Shown here one piece after another: positions 1-36,424 of a stretch of DNA of 36,424 bases (positions are counted from its first letter, which is position 1; each line of letters opens with the position of its first letter). The notes beneath the pieces were generated by a model that saw nothing but the letters and a program-made list of their open reading frames with translations, was not told where the DNA came from and made no database searches. Where the stretch lies: the NCBI RefSeq assembly GCF_001194135.2, contig NC_068984.1, forward strand, positions 93,647,930-93,684,353. The letters run 5' to 3'. Source of the DNA: Octopus bimaculoides (lineage: Eukaryota). Position numbers and translations under genes: made by a program.

Positions 1-1092
1 GGGCTATTAATTAGCACATATTTTAAATTGGAAATTGAACCTTTAGAACATATATTTCTGATCTCTCACCTTAACATATAATCTTCTTGTGATAAATAAG
101 ATTTCAACTTTACTCCATGAAAGATATTTTTTCACACCACTTTCTTAATATGGATCTTAACCCTATATAGCTTATAAGAATAGGAAATTTCATAAGTTCT
201 AAATGGTTTTAATTAGTTCCCCTAATTTGAATTTTTTTTTTTTTTTTTAAATGTTTGACTCTAAAAGGATCATTATTATTATTACATTATTTCAGGGCTT
301 GCAGGGATAGTGTCTTGTTTATTTTGTATTTTTAACTTAAATAAATCTAATCCTTATGCCCAAAATAAATCTAATCCTTATTTAATTAATATTCCTTAAT
401 TAGCCCATGTTAGTCTTAAAACAAGTTCCTGACTAATTAAACTAGTAATCAATTATCATGTTTCTGTATTAGATGTCCTTGTTAATTCCTAATATCCTTT
501 TTCTTTTTTTGTCCCTTAAACCATAATAAGCCCATTATTATAAACTATATAAATCCTATACTAATTATTCTTTACATTATAAAAATAAAGCTTACCTTTC
601 ATGTGTCTCCAAAATAGTATTATTATATATATCAGCTTAAATTTTAAAATCATTTTAAAAATAATTCAAAATAGTTTTCCTGAGCCCAATATATATAATA
701 TTCTTAGACTTTACACCTTATCTATAGCCTCTGAATTCAATATTGACATTACTTCATGATTTTTGTATAAACTAATTACATTACATTTTATTATTAACAT
801 ACTTCTTATTATTAAAATATTGTTTAAACTGGTATTGATATCTGTAAAACAATACTGATGCCCTATTCAGACTAAAGAAAAAGCCCTGTTAACCTATATG
901 CTTAGGTTTAATTCCTCAACTTTATAATAGTAGTAGAAAAACCCCAACCTATAATAGTGCTGCCACTCTGACCAGAGAAACCTTTATAACCATATCCATG
1001 TATAATGCTTACACCTTCCCTTTCCTTAGAAGTGATTGCCCCTTATACTATAACTACTAGATAAGAGACAATAAAATCAGAGACAGTTAGAA

Positions 1093-1440
1093 NNNNNNNN
1101 NNNNNNNNNNNNNNNNNNNNNNNNNNNNNNNNNNNNNNNNNNNNNNNNNNNNNNNNNNNNNNNNNNNNNNNNNNNNNNNNNNNNNNNNNNNNNNNNNNNN
1201 NNNNNNNNNNNNNNNNNNNNNNNNNNNNNNNNNNNNNNNNNNNNNNNNNNNNNNNNNNNNNNNNNNNNNNNNNNNNNNNNNNNNNNNNNNNNNNNNNNNN
1301 NNNNNNNNNNNNNNNNNNNNNNNNNNNNNNNNNNNNNNNNNNNNNNNNNNNNNNNNNNNNNNNNNNNNNNNNNNNNNNNNNNNNNNNNNNNNNNNNNNNN
1401 NNNNNNNNNNNNNNNNNNNNNNNNNNNNNNNNNNNNNNNN
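1093..1440. other. Assembly gap (348 N)
   Basis: Run of N, followed by (TA)n. Confidence 1.
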
Positions 1441-2512
1441 TATATATATATATATATATTGTTTCAAATTTGTGTGAATGTGTATAGGATAATATATAGT
1501 TGAATAAAGTTAAAACATGATCACATTTTTTATGGTATTCTATCTAACATTTAAAAAAATGCTCATAAATTTAAATTAGCGCTTTCATACATAGTGTAAT
1601 CATGAAATTTCAAATGTGCTTTAAATGACTGTTGTGTTCTTGACAACTGTAGTATCTCTTAGAACGCTCCAATAAACTGAATATTTAGAATACCTTTTTA
1701 ACCAATCCACATGCATCACAGTTTGCCAGGCACACTGATATTCTGTAACCTGTTTATATTTATATGCTACAGATATTTTTTAATCCACCTTATTTGCTGG
1801 TTGTTATATTATTGCTGTTATTTCCTTTCAGAACAGGTTTGAACATTTAAATAAACTGTTTTTCTTTTATCTTTCTTCCAACCTACTTTGGTAGACCTAG
1901 TTGGTGGCGAATGCATAAGCAGAGCTAATTGTTGCTATACTACTCTGCAAAATTAGTCTAAGCTTAAGTACCCTATCGCACACTGTGACTACCTCAATCA
2001 CCTTATTGACCTATTTCTCTGCTAGAAGTATGCCCACAAGTGTGCCTACCCCATCACTGTTACTCTCCTAGAAAATTTATACCTATGCTTTTGCTTGTGA
2101 GGAACTTGGCTGAAGCTGCCCTCCACATTACTTCTTGAATGCAACACACATCCATTCAATTAATTGACCCAATTAATTATCCTCATGACTGAAAACCCAA
2201 CGATTCTTGTTGATTACAATTCAAGTGTTCCAAATAGTAACCACTATGCAAAATGTTAATGGTAATAGAAGAAACTGAATGAAACTTTTACCATTAACTA
2301 ATAACTCATACAAGGTGATAGCTAAACAAATTTTAATTTCTTTACATTTCACTGATTTTACCTGTACAGATTAATGCAAGAACCTTAAAAGAAATACTTA
2401 TGTATAAAGAAATGGGATATAGTTGTTTTGTGAAACAATTCTAAATTCATGATTACTTTAAAATTTAAATGAAACACATAGAATTATTTTATGTGTGTCG
2501 GATGATATTTAC

Positions 2513-34472
<31,960 letters not shown>

Positions 34473-35629
34473 CTAAAATAGAAAAAAATATAAAATCCAT
34501 AAATCCACATCAGAAGATTCATTAAAAAAATAATAATTTGAGTGAGTGAGAGAACAAACGTGCGTGTGCTTGTGTGTATAAAAAAATTTGTAACTCTTTA
34601 ACTGCGAGATTAAGCTTCATGGTTATTCCAATAATGACGCTAAACATTTGTCAAAAAATAGAACTGGTATTTTTTACAAGTCACACTGCCTCAATAAAGT
34701 GGACATATCTCAACAAAAAACAGTTTCAAACATGGCACCCTTCAATAAAAGAATGATTGGTATATAAACTACTTTCCACAGTTAAGGGTAATAAAATTTT
34801 GAATGGATGTATCTGATTTACACTGTAAGAGTGGTTTAAAATTTTTTCTGAAGAATTAAAAGACATATGAGTGGAATATTCAGGTTTGGAAAACATATGA
34901 AGAGAATTTAAGAATGTCATTTTAAGACGAGTGTAGTAGTTTGTGGTCTGTAACTAAAAGAGTTGAATGATCTACCCTGCAGAAAGTTTTATAGAGTAAT
35001 CTCCCTTTAATAAGTTTCTCGAAACATCTACATCATGAGAAGTAAGTTTTAATTATTCAAGAGGTTTCATATTTCTCTTGGAAGTTTCTAGAATGTCTAG
35101 CATTCCATTAATAAAAACAGCTTGCTTGCTCTGCTCTTTGCTTCTTAGTCAATTAGACTCTGAGCCATTCATGTCGTTGCTATGCCTGTCTATTTCTCTA
35201 TGCGACATGACTGAAAACCACCACTTAGCTGTTATTTCTATATCTCTGAACTTTCTTGCATAGATTACTTCATTCAACTAAATTCTACATTTTGCTTGTT
35301 TCATCGACAACCAATGAATAAAATATATTTTTATGTAGTAAATATATAGTTCTTAAATTTATTCTTCTTCCTTGTAAGAATTCTTCTAATAATATATATG
35401 CAGCCATTTCAATACCTACTACTGAACATATATTCTGACTACAAAAGTTTTCAGCTTCTGTACATGGGAGAAGAGGAAGGGTAATTTCAGTGCATTATAT
35501 AAAAATGTTTTGAAGTGCAAGTACTAAGTAACAAGCATTCTATGTGACATAGAATGAGTAAACAAAACATCATATGTTCTTGGAAAATCATGAGTATGTT
35601 GACTAACATATGAGTTCATTTTTAAAAGG

Positions 35630-36233
35630 TAGGACTTGCGAAGGCTTGAAAGAAATGAAGCTGGTATGCTTCGGTGGATAGGTAATGTCGGTGTGCATGC
35701 ACAACAGAGTGTAAATGATTTAAGAGTAAAACTGGGTATAAGGGGCATCAGGTATTGGGTGCAAGAGAGAAGACTGTGATGTGTATGGATAAAGAGAGCT
35801 GCATAAATAAGTGCCAAGCTCTAATTGTAGAGGGAACCTGTGGAAGGGGTAAACCCAGGAAGATTTGGGATGAAGTGGTAAGAAAAGATCTTCAGACACT
35901 GGGCCTCACTGAGGAAATGACAAGGGACCAAGTGATGTGGCGATTTGCTGTATTTGTGAAGATGTGTCAAGCTAAGTAAAATCACTATTTTCAAAACATA
36001 CAGGCTTGTCCTTTCAGATGCCAGTGACACATAAAAAAGCACTTGTGCCGGTGCTGCATAAAAGCATCCATGCTGGTGGCATGTAACAAGCACCCAACAC
36101 ACTTTGTTAAGTGGTTGGTGTTAGGAAGGGCATCCAGCTGTAGAAACCATGCAACAACAGACAATTGGAGTCTGGCCAGCTCCATGTCAAACCATCCAAC
36201 CAATGCCAGCAAGGAAAACAGATGTTAAACGAT
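35630..36233 (+). mobile_element. Older RTE LINE 3' end (RT C-terminus, stop at 35979, 3' UTR, remnant GAT tail)
   Basis: LRRLERNEAGMLRW..QQSVNDLRVKLGIRGI..ERRL and EGTCGRGKPRKIWDEVVRKDLQTLGLTEEMT..AK*; same family as 20701-21830. Confidence 0.88.
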
Positions 36234-36424
36234 CATCATCATCATCATCATCGTTTAACGTCCGCTTTCCATGCTAGCATGGGTTAGACGATTTGACTGA
36301 GGACTAGTGAAACCGGATGGCAACACCAGCCAACAATCTGATTTGGCAGAGTTTCTACAGCTGGATGCCCTTCCCAACGCCAACCACTCAGAGAGTGTAG
36401 TGGATGCTTTTATGTGTCACCCGC
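36234..36424 (-). mobile_element. Young RTE 3' end with (CAT)n tail, running off the window edge
   Basis: Visually about 90% identical to 20701-20880. Confidence 0.92.

Noticed and set aside
1-1092. Possible nuclear mitochondrial insertion suggested by base skew
   Set aside because: I found no mitochondrial protein or rRNA signature motifs on either strand.
1087-1467. ORF spanning the first N-gap
   Set aside because: Almost entirely N plus (TA)n; an artefact of translating through a gap.
35040-35325. Minus-strand YSLVVDETSK and MNGSES..KEQSKQAVFIN, reminiscent of a hAT/ZMYM1-like transposase
   Set aside because: Only two short motifs in different frames with the wrong spacing; needs an HMM search.

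Overview
AT-rich eukaryotic (animal) genomic scaffold with three N-gaps. The repeat families resemble those I recall from Octopus/coleoid genomes; this species assignment is an inference and was not searched. The only host gene is on the minus strand: ten consecutive internal GT-AG exons (1257 nt, 419 codons, no stop, all phases compatible) of NCAPG2, the condensin II subunit G2. Its start and end lie outside the window. The introns (85 bp to 10 kb) are filled with decayed transposable elements: many copies of one RTE-type LINE and its (GAT)n-tailed 3' ends, a BovB-like RTE, an R4/Dong-like LINE, a Jockey/CR1-group LINE, a Penelope GIY-YIG fragment, a Helitron helicase fragment, a TIR-complete piggyBac, a TIR-complete DD34D mariner, a TIR-complete probable DD41D element, and tRNA-derived SINEs. 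I found no convincing novel protein-coding system. The best leads are at the RNA-structure level: a decayed type I hammerhead ribozyme (23037-23083), a tail-to-tail RTE fold-back that pairs better on the transcribed strand (36110-36388), and inverted RTE-tail copies flanking two phase-0 exons, which could give a stop-free circRNA. TE boundaries without TIR or TSD support are approximate.
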